The translations under genes were made by a program, and so were the position numbers. A stretch of DNA of 63,448 nucleotides, counting the filler, from Folioceros fuciformis (lineage: Eukaryota), in assembly GCA_049999805.1 (NCBI GenBank). It is 5 parts of 5 records of this genome, joined end to end, with 100 filler letters (N's around TTAATTAATTAA, not from the genome) between each part and the next. Parts side by side here need not be neighbours in the genome. Positions count along the whole stretch, not along the records: positions 1 to 31,992 come from JBNGIO010006165.1; 4 more parts are not named here. One strand, given 5' to 3'. The notes beneath the pieces were generated by a model. That model was not told the origin of the DNA. It saw only the letters and a list, made by a program, of their open reading frames with translations, and searched no databases. The number at the start of each line of letters is the position of its first letter. Position 1 is the stretch's first letter. Of this stretch, positions 1-10,973 are shown in pieces.

Positions 1-1335
1 TATATATCCCTAATTTCTCTTTTCTTGTTCTCTCTTTCCTATTTTCCTGGATTTAATTCCAGAAATTCTGATTCTGGGTTTTCTCACGTGCTTCCTTCTC
101 TGGTTGTCCGAGAACCATTGCAACACCATTGGATCAATTTTCAATGGGCGAGGGACCATTTTGATTAGAAGCCGATTCTGCTGAATAAGCTGCCGATTTC
201 AGGCGTGGTTCCGATTGTTGATCACTCTTCTTCTGACCTCTTCCCTTTCTTCTCCCACTACTCATACTAACACCAAGGGACTTCTGTCTCAAGACTGTTC
301 GACAGCCCGATGGCCTATTGTCCCTTGGGGTCGTTGATTGGATGTAATGGTTGCCTATTTGCTATCCTAACCCATTCCAAAGGGAGTACAACTCCTACAA
401 CCTCCCCTTTGACATCGTTTGTTGTGTTCTTCTTTCTTCTAACACATCCGGGGTAGGTCTGACCTACTATCCGTGGGCCCCATAGAACACCCTTTTTAGG
501 ACTAAACTAATAGATTGACATGTGCTCCTCTCATGAAGGTTGTGCGCCAACCACCGTGGGAACTGTTAGGGGAGATGCTACGGGAGTGAAGGTGACTAGT
601 CCGGACGCAGCCTCAGCCGCCATGGGAACAGGAGAAGCCTTTGCAAACAACCACTCAACAATAAGAAGGCGGCGCCCACCTAATGTGGAAGAGTAGTCAA
701 CAGCCAAGAATCAGCAAGGGTTGTTGGTAGGGTGAGCAAGGGGGCTAGTGGCTCGTTAAGTTGATGGTAGGGTAGATTAGTCTAGAATAATAGTGTACTA
801 TAAACTATTGCTTTGGTTGTTGTGTCTTAGTAGCCTGTAGAGAGAGGAAGGGGACTAGAGCTAGGAGTCTTCTATAAGAGGCTTTGAGCCTCTAGGACGT
901 GCTTGTCACTGAATGATCTCTCTCGGGTTGTCCCTACTTGGATGAAGTAGTGTGGGCCGATTGCGCATGTCATGCAGCGACTAGTAAAGCTTTGAGAAGC
1001 AATGGCCAGGGTTAAGGGCTAGGTCCCTTTATTCTTGATCATGCTCTCCGTGTCAAATCCCCATGACCTGTCATTCTTGTGTCCTCGCAGGACTGGAGTG
1101 AGTTCCGACCATGCTTGCATGATGTCTAGTAGGGTCGTGGGTGGCGGCATGCTCTTCTTTGGGGTTGGTCTGAAGAGTGACTCTTGCCGAGTAGGGTAGG
1201 CAATAGGGAAGTGAAGAAGGTAGTGATGTTGTTGCTGGTGCTGGTGCTGGAATGAGTGAGTGAGGAAAGTTGTAGACCTCAGAAGTTAGTGTCGTTGTAG
1301 TGGCTGGAGTGAATTTGTGGGCACCGAGAGAGGTA
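1..1335 (+). mobile_element. LTR-retrotransposon LTR/flanking fragment, diverged homologue (opposite orientation) of 30630-31800
   Basis: Colinear reverse-complement similarity to the second copy, e.g. 41-68 cctggatttaattccagaaatt vs 31719-31740, and 1181-1330 vs 30627-30805. No coding potential. Confidence 0.55.
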
Positions 1336-1736
1336 TAGTCGACCTTTGGATAGCTAGGACTGTCCCACGCTTGATCAGAGCTGGAGAGGAGCCCTTGAAT
1401 CTATCATCAAGTTGATTAAGTCTGACCCTCCATCATAACAGCAAGGAATCCATCGCTCTTCATGGGAACGAAACCCAATATTTTCAAATACTGTGGAATA
1501 AATATGAACACTAAATATAAAACTCTTTGGCAAAGAGTTGTCCGGATTTTGCCACCACAACTATGAACAGCATTGCTTTTGTCCCTTTGCCACATAGTTA
1601 TTGAACAATTTGGTGGGAAACCCTTGAGGCAACATAAACGATCCAGGATTCTGATCATGAAAGAGCAAGCCGAACCAGGGCCACCACTCTCTCCTTCGAC
1701 AGCTCCTTCGCCGGCTGCAATGGTGAGAGTTATCCA

Positions 1737-2835
1737 TTGTTAGAGAACAGAGAATCCAAGGCCGGAAACATAGATTGCGAAGTTAGAAAGGCAAAACACA
1801 GCTTACGTGCATGCACTCCGTTCTCCGCCCAGTACACTGGCATCCGGTCGAGGCCATGCTTAGCTGCCCACTTCACCTCTGCCACTGTTGGGTCTTTCCC
1901 ATACAGTTGGACATATCAGCGCTTAAAATCTTGTGCACCGCCGCGGCCAAATGGATTTGTTCCTGAAGTGCCATGCTTCTCTTTTCTCGCTTCCACAATT
2001 GTCATTTGACGGCATCTTGGCCAAGTGCCCTGCCCCACTTCGAATTGCTGGACCCCCCTTCGACTGCAGTCCACCATACCTCGGGAGTAATAGACTCTGG
2101 CCGCAACTGTGACACTGGGGCCCTCTTACCCGTTGTGCGGAGGATCTTTGCCCCTTTCTTCACTCTCGCAAGGTGATTGTAGGAACGAGCCCGCGCGCAG
2201 TCGGAAAACTTGGTCCGAATGACCTCCCTATTGGTAACTGCTAGAAACTCGGCTGCTACCTTATCGATGAGTGCCGACCGCAACTCCAAATCATGCTTTG
2301 TCCAGCACTTTAGGAACACCAACCGCTCTGTTACCAACTCTTGGATTCGCTTCTCCATGCGAAATTCCTCTGACCCCAGAACACCACCTCTCAATGGGCA
2401 AGTGTGCCCTTCTGTTTGTGCAGTACTGCATAGCCGACTTGCGACTTGGGCCACCTATTGCGGCCCGTGGACCGCGATCAACCTTTGGAGCGCATGCTCA
2501 ATTGTGTCTGGCCTCACCAACGCGGACAATCGCGCTTGGAGCGGAATGTCCGCAGCATGGGCATCTGCCTGCATTGCACCTCGGTTCCCCTCTGCCTGTG
2601 ATCGACCACGGTTCTTGTCACCTTCCTATGCCTTGTCATCATCCTCGTCAATCTCGTCCATGTCAAGAGGGACCATTGCATGTTCATGGTCTGCAAAGTT
2701 GCCGTCAACAGCAACGTCTTCATCCTCCCAAGCAGCCAACCCCTCGGCGATTTCATAGCAGAGGCCTGCACCGCTGACCTCCATGTTACTGTCCTTTGTG
2801 CCAGAATTCGGAAAACCTGAAGGTGCACCTTCCAT
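1737..2835 (-). pseudogene. Possible En/Spm(CACTA)-associated TnpA/Ptta-like ORF remnant
   Basis: Broken minus-strand frames: an acidic segment (2626-2835), a helical basic segment (2002-2454, ...RPESITPEVW) and a downstream EARKEKHGTSGTNPFGRGG segment. Weak resemblance only. Confidence 0.25.
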
Positions 2836-3884
2836 AACTGTATTGTGTATTACGTACAGCTTACAGTAAATATTATTAAGGTGTTTTTTGGTTTAATGCG
2901 TGCCACTATGGAGTTGGGTCAGATCTCCGCGCTGCAAATCTGTGAGTCAGATTTCTGCGCTACAAAACTTTGGGTCACCCTTCTCTGCACCGAGAACCTG
3001 AATCGGGACGCTACGACGGGTGGTGGGATAATCTGCTGGTCCCCACGCTGTTTAATAGAAAGTTCGCATTCACTCTGAACGTCCCTCACACAGTGTCCAG
3101 TTCTACACTTCACGCGCGAGAGTGACTGATTACCGTATCACAGAGCGACGGACGGGCCAGAGCTGCCTGCCAGAGTGAAGGGCATTGCGTACAGTTCGCA
3201 CGCGACAAGTGACGAGATATCACGTTACTCTTCTCGTCCACAGCACCAAGTACTTTATGTGCAAACAATGTTTCTTTTCCCGTTCCGTTCCATCCCTTCC
3301 TGCAACTCAGGAACCGCACTTTTTGAGCTTTGCCATAAATTACACCTAAGTTATCGTAAATTACAATACATTTGATGTACAGTGCTTTTTCCAACAACGG
3401 TTTCGGTTGTTCGGTTCTTCACGCTTCCTGCCCATGCGGGGGAAGGCAGTCTGGAGATTCGAGAAGGGCAACACAGGCAGGAGATCCAACCGCAGCAGCG
3501 AGAAGGAGACGAAGAAGAAGAAGACAGATATAAAGATATCTCGTAGCAGGAGCGAAGGCGAAGAGGAGCTAAGCGAAGGACACGAAAGTGTCGGTAGAGG
3601 TGAGTGAAGAAAGACGTGGTGCGGTAGGTATCCTTCGCTTTCATGGCACCTGGGAGAGGAGCAAAGGCAAAGGTGGAGACGGACTTCTCAGCGTCCCAGT
3701 ACTGCAGCGCATTGAAGTGAGCAGGAATGAGGCCATGTTGCATGGATGTGACACCGGCGAGGCGCCAGCCCATAAATTGGGCTTCCGGCTGCCGTCTGCC
3801 GCACTCCACAATTCTCAGGCTCCCGACACCTCGACTGCCGTTGCAGTCGTGCTGCTGCTCAAGTGCGCCTGCTCGTGTTCAGCA

Positions 3885-4559
3885 ATGGCGCAACGGATGA
3901 GCCTCGTTCTGCTCGGCATCGCCCTCCTGGTGGCGGCACTCACGGCGGTCCGCGCCGCCGACCCGGACCCTCTGCAGGATTTCTGCGTGGCTGACCTCTC
4001 CAAGCCGGGCGACGTGAATGGGTATCCCTGCAAGGCGGGAGTGGACATCACCGACGACGACTTCTTCTTCGACGGCCTGACCAAGGAGAAGATCGTGTCC
4101 CCGCTCACCTCGCCGCACAAGTCCACCATCACCTTCGCGCTGTCCAAGCACTGGCCCGCGCTCAACACGCAGGGACTGTCCCTGGTGCGCCTGGACCTGG
4201 CCCCCGGCGGCGTCGTCGTGCCGCACACGCACGCCCTGGCCACTGAGATCATCTACGTCCTGCACGGCAAGATCTACACCGGCTTCGTCACCAACGACAA
4301 CAAGCTCTACGCCAAGACGCTGAGCGCCGGCGAGACGTACATCTTCCCCCGCGCCCTCCTGCACTTCCAGCTCAATGCCGGCGACGGCCCTGCCGCCAGC
4401 GTCAACTTCCTCAACTCGCAGAACCCCGGCATCCAGTTCTCCACCTCCGCGCTCTTCAAGTCCGGCATCGACCCCGCCGTCCTCGCCACTTCCTTCGGTA
4501 TAACCAACGACGACGTTTCCTCCCTCACGGACAAGATCATCACCCCCAAGGGCCCCTGA
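3885..4559 (+). CDS. Germin-like protein (cupin), secreted, 224 aa, intronless
   Basis: ATG at 3885, signal peptide, ADPDPLQDFCVADL box 1, NGYPCK, HTH-x4-E (PHTHALATE) and HFQLN metal ligands, LNSQNPG. Strong GC3 bias. Confidence 0.93.
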   Translation: MAQRMSLVLLGIALLVAALTAVRAADPDPLQDFCVADLSKPGDVNGYPCKAGVDITDDDFFFDGLTKEKIVSPLTSPHKSTITFALSKHWPALNTQGLSLVRLDLAPGGVVVPHTHALATEIIYVLHGKIYTGFVTNDNKLYAKTLSAGETYIFPRALLHFQLNAGDGPAASVNFLNSQNPGIQFSTSALFKSGIDPAVLATSFGITNDDVSSLTDKIITPKGP

Positions 4560-4914
4560 GGATATCCATCCATGTCGTCCTTGAGCCTGGTATCTATGTA
4601 ACCAATGCCACTTGCCCAAGGACGACGTACAGCGTGGCCGGGAAGTTTTAAGTCCACCCAATACCCGTCGCCATAGCCGGACATGGTTAGAGCAGCTTTG
4701 GCGATGCCCAAGTTTTGTTCTGCCCTGCTATATTAGTCTACTTCTCGATGTCGAAGTTCTGCGGGAAGAAGCGACCATGGCTTTCGTGTGTGTGCGCATG
4801 CATGGCTCACAATCTTCTTGCTTCTACTATCTAGAGATGCAGCAAGATGCCTCCACTGTGGACAGCTTCATCGTCTTTCAAGCGCAGCTTATCCGATGCG
4901 TTTCCTCGATACTC

Positions 4915-7900
4915 TCAATCCCCATCGCCACATGAGCAACACCCATCTACGAATCGATGTACTCCATGAACATCTCTCACAATGATGTCCCGCTTCTCAA
5001 GCCGGGACATGATCTTGGTGCTAGCGTGACAATCGTTGCACATGCGCAGATTTTTGGTGACTAGCAAAGTTGTGCCGTCTGCTGTGTTCAGCAAACCGTA
5101 TGCTAGGGCCAGTTTCTCTGCATGGCCACACAATGCGTCCTCCTTCTCCCGCTCAGACATCGCCTTCAACACGAGGCCTGTTTGTGGTACATGGCCTCCT
5201 TCCTCTTTCAACCTCCTACTCACACTCCTAGCCTTCCAACCAATGTCCGACCTTTTCTTCCCTACTAGGAATTCGTGCACCTCACCTTTCACTTCGATGC
5301 ACGCGGTGGCAGGCTTCTTTATCGCACCTGCTGCATTTCTCATTTCTTCTATCCTATCCACATCTTCCCACCTACCTGCATTTGCATAGATGTTCCCCAA
5401 CAGCACGTATGCGCTTGCATTCTCCGGTTCTAATGCTACAAGTCGGTCAAAGCATCGTCTCCCACGCTCCACATCACCGTGGCTCCTGCATGCACTTAAC
5501 AGAGCCCTCCAGCCTACTGCATCATCCACAAAGGATGTGGCTTGCAACATGCGTTCCGCCTCATTCAGTTGGCCCGAACGGCCAAGGAGATCCACCATGC
5601 AACTATACAGATGATTAGTCGGCTCGATCCCATGGTCCTTCACCATCTTCGTAAAATACCCTTGGCCCTCCTGCACCAGGCCCGCATGACTGCATGCCAC
5701 CAAAAGCGACAAAAAAGTGGCCTCGTTTGGCTGGATACCTTGCTCAAGCATCTCCTCAAAACTCTCCGCGGCCATTTTGTAATTGCCGTGTTCAGCATAT
5801 GCATTGAGCAAGGCTGTCCACGTCACCACATCTCTCCTGGGCAAGCTGTCAAAGACCTGGCGGGCATCGCCCAAGCTCCCACACTTACCGTACATATTCA
5901 CCAGGCTGCTACCGATGATTGCATCCGCCTCCAAACCTCGTTCACGAATCTGTGAATGCAGCCGCTTGCCCTGCTGCAGCGCTCCCACAATGGCACAAGC
6001 CTGGAGGAGGAGAGCCAAGGTAACTAGATCTGGTGGAGTTTCGCTCTCGTGTTGCATCCTTGCATACAGAGCCAAAGCTTCTCGCCAAAGCCCCTGTTGA
6101 CCATAACCTGACATCATGGCAGTCCACGTAATATCATCTTTTATGGGCAGACCATCAAATACATTGCGAGCATCCTCCAAGCTCCCACACCTGGCATACA
6201 TATTCACCAGACAGCTACCAATGACTTCGTCATATTCTAGGCCCCTTTCACGAATCTTGGAGTGAAGCTGCTTGCCCGGCTGCAGCATTCTGGCGCTGGC
6301 GCAAGCTTGAAGCAGGCACACGAACGTGCCATGATTGTCTGGAATTAAGCCCTCCTGTTGCATACTTTCATACAGGCCCAAGGCGTCTCGCTCCATACCC
6401 TGTTGACTGTATCCTCCTATCATGGCATTCCATGTCACTACATTCCTTGTGGGTAAACTGTCAAACACTTCACGAGCATCAGCCAAACTTCTGCATTTTG
6501 AATACATGTCGACCAGGCAGCTGCCAAGTACGACATCCGCTTCGAGACCTCTTGCACGAATCTGGGAGTGCAGGTGCTTCCCCATCTCCAAAGCCCCCAC
6601 ACTAGAACATGTCTGCAGAAGGCATGCGAATGTGATGATATCAGCTGGGGTCGTCTGTTCATGTTGCATTCTTTCATACAAAGCTAGGGCCTCCAGACCA
6701 AATCCTTGCTGTGTGTATCCAGCGATCATCACAGTCCATGTTACCAAATCTCTTGTGGGCAAAGTGTCAAACACTCTGCGAGCATCTTCCAAGCATCCAC
6801 ATTTGGCATACATATTCACGAGACAGTTACCAATGACAGCATCAGATTCAAGGCCCTTCTCCCGGATCTGGGAATGAAGCTCTTTGCCCTGCTGCAGCAA
6901 TCCGACACGGGCGCATGCCTGAACAAGGCACACAAAAGTAACATGGTCAGGTGGAGAGAGGCCTTCACTCTGCATCCGTGAATACAGAGCCAGAGCTTCT
7001 AGCCCCAGTCCCTGGTGAGTATATCCTGTGATCATGGCATTCCATGACACCACATCTCTTTTGGTCAAACTGTCAAACACACTGCGAGCATTGACCAAGC
7101 AACCGCACTTTGCATACATATTCACCAGGCAGTTCCCAAGAGCTGCATCCGCTTCGAGGCCCATTTCTCGAATCTCGGAGTGAAGCTTCTCCCCCCACTG
7201 AAGGTCCCCAGCACTGGCACATGCTTGCAGGAGGCACAAAAACGTAACACGATTAGGCAGAGTCATGGCTTCACGTTGCATGATTGCATACAGAGCCAGG
7301 GCCTCTTGGCCCAGCCCCTGCTGACTGTACCCTGCGAGGATGGCATTCCATGCCACCACATTTCTCCTCGGCATACAGTCGAACACTTTGCGAGCATCCT
7401 GCAAGCTGCCACATTTCCCGTACATATTGATCAGACTGGTGGCAACAAAAGAATCAGCCTTCACAGGACTCGCCTGGACATCAGCATGCACTTGCTTGCC
7501 TGAAATCAGGTCTTGTGCCTCGGCGCACGCCTTCAGAGCGGCCACGAAGATATGATTATCCGGCTGCACATTCCATAGCCGCATCTGCCGATACAGCTCG
7601 ATAGCCTGTCTGGGCTTCCCACGTCGGGCATGCGCCAAAATAATGGAAGACCACATGTAGGCATCGGGTGACGCGACCGAGCCGAAGACCTGCATCGCCT
7701 CCTCCAATCTGCCATGAGCAGCATACATTCGAATGATATGGTTGGACAAGAAAGCGTTCGACCCATGCCCACTAGCCAGAGCTAGAGAATGAAGTCTCCT
7801 GCCCAAACCAACATCCTCCTCTGCCACACACCTCTTCAGGACTCGATACAAGAGCCTGCCGCTGACAAAACGTCCCCGCTCCACCAGAAGCTCCAGCTCC

Positions 7901-8085
7901 CCAACAGCCTCCCCAAGCCCGGGACCTTCTCCTCCACCATCCCGAGGCCCCTGCACTTGCACATCCCCCTTGCCCAGTTGCAATCCTACCCAAGCAGGTT
8001 CCCGTTTAAGGTCGAAGTTGTCCTGATGGCAGGGCATCTGTGGCGGCACCTGGACCACCCGTTCCGCCGGCGGAATCATCATCAT
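4915..8085 (-). CDS. PLS-class PPR protein with E1/E2 and DYW:KP (KPAxA) domain; candidate organellar U-to-C RNA editing factor
   Basis: About 23 P/L/S motifs, then E1-E2, KKPATACIEVKGEVHEF, HAEKLA, CNDCH and C-terminal CSCGDGD. Intronless open frame. First in-frame ATG at 8085; true start uncertain. Confidence 0.93.
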   Translation of the reverse strand: MMMIPPAERVVQVPPQMPCHQDNFDLKREPAWVGLQLGKGDVQVQGPRDGGGEGPGLGEAVGELELLVERGRFVSGRLLYRVLKRCVAEEDVGLGRRLHSLALASGHGSNAFLSNHIIRMYAAHGRLEEAMQVFGSVASPDAYMWSSIILAHARRGKPRQAIELYRQMRLWNVQPDNHIFVAALKACAEAQDLISGKQVHADVQASPVKADSFVATSLINMYGKCGSLQDARKVFDCMPRRNVVAWNAILAGYSQQGLGQEALALYAIMQREAMTLPNRVTFLCLLQACASAGDLQWGEKLHSEIREMGLEADAALGNCLVNMYAKCGCLVNARSVFDSLTKRDVVSWNAMITGYTHQGLGLEALALYSRMQSEGLSPPDHVTFVCLVQACARVGLLQQGKELHSQIREKGLESDAVIGNCLVNMYAKCGCLEDARRVFDTLPTRDLVTWTVMIAGYTQQGFGLEALALYERMQHEQTTPADIITFACLLQTCSSVGALEMGKHLHSQIRARGLEADVVLGSCLVDMYSKCRSLADAREVFDSLPTRNVVTWNAMIGGYSQQGMERDALGLYESMQQEGLIPDNHGTFVCLLQACASARMLQPGKQLHSKIRERGLEYDEVIGSCLVNMYARCGSLEDARNVFDGLPIKDDITWTAMMSGYGQQGLWREALALYARMQHESETPPDLVTLALLLQACAIVGALQQGKRLHSQIRERGLEADAIIGSSLVNMYGKCGSLGDARQVFDSLPRRDVVTWTALLNAYAEHGNYKMAAESFEEMLEQGIQPNEATFLSLLVACSHAGLVQEGQGYFTKMVKDHGIEPTNHLYSCMVDLLGRSGQLNEAERMLQATSFVDDAVGWRALLSACRSHGDVERGRRCFDRLVALEPENASAYVLLGNIYANAGRWEDVDRIEEMRNAAGAIKKPATACIEVKGEVHEFLVGKKRSDIGWKARSVSRRLKEEGGHVPQTGLVLKAMSEREKEDALCGHAEKLALAYGLLNTADGTTLLVTKNLRMCNDCHASTKIMSRLEKRDIIVRDVHGVHRFVDGCCSCGDGD

Positions 8086-8260
8086 CGCAATGTGCTGAAG
8101 CACCACCCAACCTCACCACCGGTGCACATGCAGGATGGCAAAAACTGCTAACCCATGTCTGAGACTGAAACGCCATGCATCCCGACGCCTGTCTTTGAGC
8201 AACCAAGCTTCGATCAGGTGGTGTAGCGGCAGCATCTAGTTAGTCGGAGGGCACATGGAT

Positions 8261-8410
8261 CCATTCATGCACCCTAAGGCATCGAAAGCTTCGAAGGCCA
8301 GATTCTTTCCCCACCTGCGTGAGAGGAATAACCACCCATTCATGCCCCCTCAGGCATCGAAAGCTTCGAAGGCCAGATTCTTTCCCCACCTGCGTGAGAG
8401 GAATAACCAC
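8261..8410. repeat. Tandem duplication, 2 x 75 bp, in the PPR/UNG intergenic region
   Basis: ccattcatgc...gagaggaataaccac at 8261-8335 and 8336-8410, with only a couple of mismatches. Confidence 0.9.
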
Positions 8411-8973
8411 CACCTTGCGTGACATTACATATCGCAAGGCGTCTGTGGCGTGTGTCTTGCTTGCAGGTACGATCGTGCCTCCTCGCCGCCATGGATTGCG
8501 TAAGGCCTGTGGGAAGAAACAAAAAACATTTCCAAGCAACTTTAGGGATAAAGATTTTTCAATCAAACGCGCATATCAGGACCTGAGGGAAGGCGGAAAC
8601 GGAAATAGGGGATTACTGTGACATGGAACATGTGTTATTGTGAGGTGCTGTTCATACATCCGGCCACGTACAGTATGTACATTGGCCACGTTTTCCCGCG
8701 CAAAATGAAGGCTCCTTCTTCACATTTGCCACCTGGGAGGCATAATCTCTTGGCAGGGACCTTTGCGCTACCTCGAGTTCACAGATTGGTGTCCGGTATG
8801 ACATTGCTGGTACCTCAGTGGGGGTAAGTCCTCACGCTGAGTCCGCTCTCAAGATCTGGATGCATTGGCGCAAGCTGGTGGCGGCGACTCTGCAATCGTG
8901 AAGTTCTTGTTTCTCCGGTCCTGGTTAGGGGACATGATTCCATGTTGATACGGTGGTGATCAGATTTGTGGCG

Positions 8974-10692
8974 ATGAAGAATTCGCGGGACTGTTCGATT
9001 ACCAGATTCTTACAACCACACCCTGCTAAGTTTGCCAAGGTTGTCACAGAGGGCGGGGTAGCTGTTAGCGCAAGGAGGGTCACTTGTGTTGCTCCACACG
9101 AGAGCCTGTCACCTGAGCTGGACGGCTTCTCAGATTCTGCACGTAAGGATGGCGTGGTGGGTAATGGGGGTGGGATTTTAGTTGCAGGGGAGGTCCTGCA
9201 GAGCCTCGGTGACGACCAAGTTCGACGGTCAGGTAGGTTTAGTTACCTTTGTGATGCGGTAGTGTTACGTTATGATTCAGGTTGTTCTAGTAAAGCGCAG
9301 TAAGCATCCTGCAGAGGGAAGGTCGGATCAACTCAGTAAGGAGCAGGAAATTAGGATGGAGCTCAACAGAGCAGCTGCCTGCGCCAAAAGGAACCAGAGA
9401 TTGTGTGAGGAGCGCCTGGCTGAAGCAAAAGGTCGTTGCCCCTATCCTTGACAGTTGTGAATTACCTACCCGCCGTCGCCTGAAGTGCAGCAGAATGTGG
9501 TCCATCTTCTGATGCCAGCATTGCATATCCTGCAGCGGGAGGTGTGCAGCTGCGGTTTGGGGACCTGCTAGTTGAGAAAGGCTGGTGTGATGTACTAGGC
9601 GGGGAGTTACAGAAACCGTACATGGAGAATCTGTTTGAGTTTGTGAGGCAAGAAGGCCGTGGTCAAGTTCCAGTCTATCCCCCCCCTGCTAAAGTCTTCA
9701 ATGCTTTCAATTCCTGTCCATTTGACAAAGTGAAGGTGGTCATCATCGGACAGGTGAGTGAAGCATCGACAGTACTGTTATGAACCGATCCTGAGAGCAT
9801 GTTCCACCTCCTTTCTGAAAGGCTTGGCAGCTGATGAGAGATGTTTGGCTCCTTCATCTGTTGCTAGGATCCTTATCACGGACCGGGCCAAGCGATGGGT
9901 CTTAGCTTCTCTGTTCCTGAAGGCGTAAAGGTACCATCCAGCTTGCTCAATATTTATAAGGAGATAAACCAAGACCTTGGTTGTTCAATCCCAACGCATG
10001 GGAATTTGGAGAAGTGGACTTATCAGGTCGGTTGTTTGAAGCTTACATGATCGTGTTTACTTGAGCGTACGACGAGTATGGTTCTGAGTTACGTTTGACT
10101 GTATTGCAGGGAGTACTTTTGCTGAATGCAGTACTGACGGGTAAGCGAGTCTTAGCCCCTGTGACGTTGTACAAACATTCCAACCATCTCACTGGAACCA
10201 TATATATATATATATATATTGCTCATGACTTGCATCTTCATTGGCAGTGCGAGGGGGTCATGCCAACTCTCATTCCAAGAAGGGATGGGAGCCTTTTACG
10301 GATGCAGCCATCCGTGCAATCTCAAAGAACAAAGAAGGAGTTGTATTTCTGTTGTGGGGAAATTTTGCCCAAGAGAAGACCAGGTAATGTTTGACATGAT
10401 TGTTCTTCCTCTCGAGCTCAGTAGATGACCGCTCATTCTTTGTGTCTGTGCTATGCAAGCAGACTGATAAACACAAGTGTTCATCATGTGCTTAAGGCTG
10501 CACATCCGTCAGGACTGTCGGCCCACAAGGGCTTTTTTAATTGCAGGTGGGTGACCTGACACCTGTTTTGTGTCCAACAAGTATCAGGTCGCCGAAGTTG
10601 ACTAGTGTTTCTGACTGGTGAGCAGGCACTTTTCGAAGGCAAATACGCTACTTCAAGAAGCCGGCAAATTACCAATCGATTGGCAACTTTGA
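8974..10692 (+). CDS. UNG: Uracil-DNA glycosylase (family 1), 8 exons
   Basis: Exons 8974-9232, 9315-9431, 9536-9753, 9868-10026, 10110-10140, 10248-10383, 10463-10546, 10626-10692, all GT-AG. Spliced product has GQDPYH, GLSFSV, GVLLLN, FLLWG, HPSGLS and terminal PIDWQL. Confidence 0.93.
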
Positions 10693-10973
10693 TCTGGATA
10701 GGAGACCACTGCCCAGCACTGTTTACCCAAATCTTGACACGAGGTTTCACCTAGTAACCCACTCAATGGGAAAGGACCTCAATACCGGTTACGCAGATAG
10801 GTGGAGGGGAGTTGACTTCTGGTCAGCTGATTTATATCGAAGAGCTTTCAGCTTTTTTTCCGGCTTTTTTTTGGTGAAAGTAATCTGGTCAAGAATCTCA
10901 GCCTGATTTGCAAGTCCCTTCATACGACATACAGATTTCGTGTCCTTGTCAGCTTGTAGGCGGTAACCGTATA

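Noticed and set aside
3588-3884. 99-aa N-terminal extension of the germin ORF
   Set aside because: Starts at GTG. The ATG at 3885 directly precedes a signal peptide and lies downstream of a TATA-like cataaat at 3771.
8261-8410. CRISPR-like arrays (also 12423, 43455, 49722, 53268, 53442)
   Set aside because: Head-to-tail tandem repeats without unique spacers, no cas genes, eukaryotic context.
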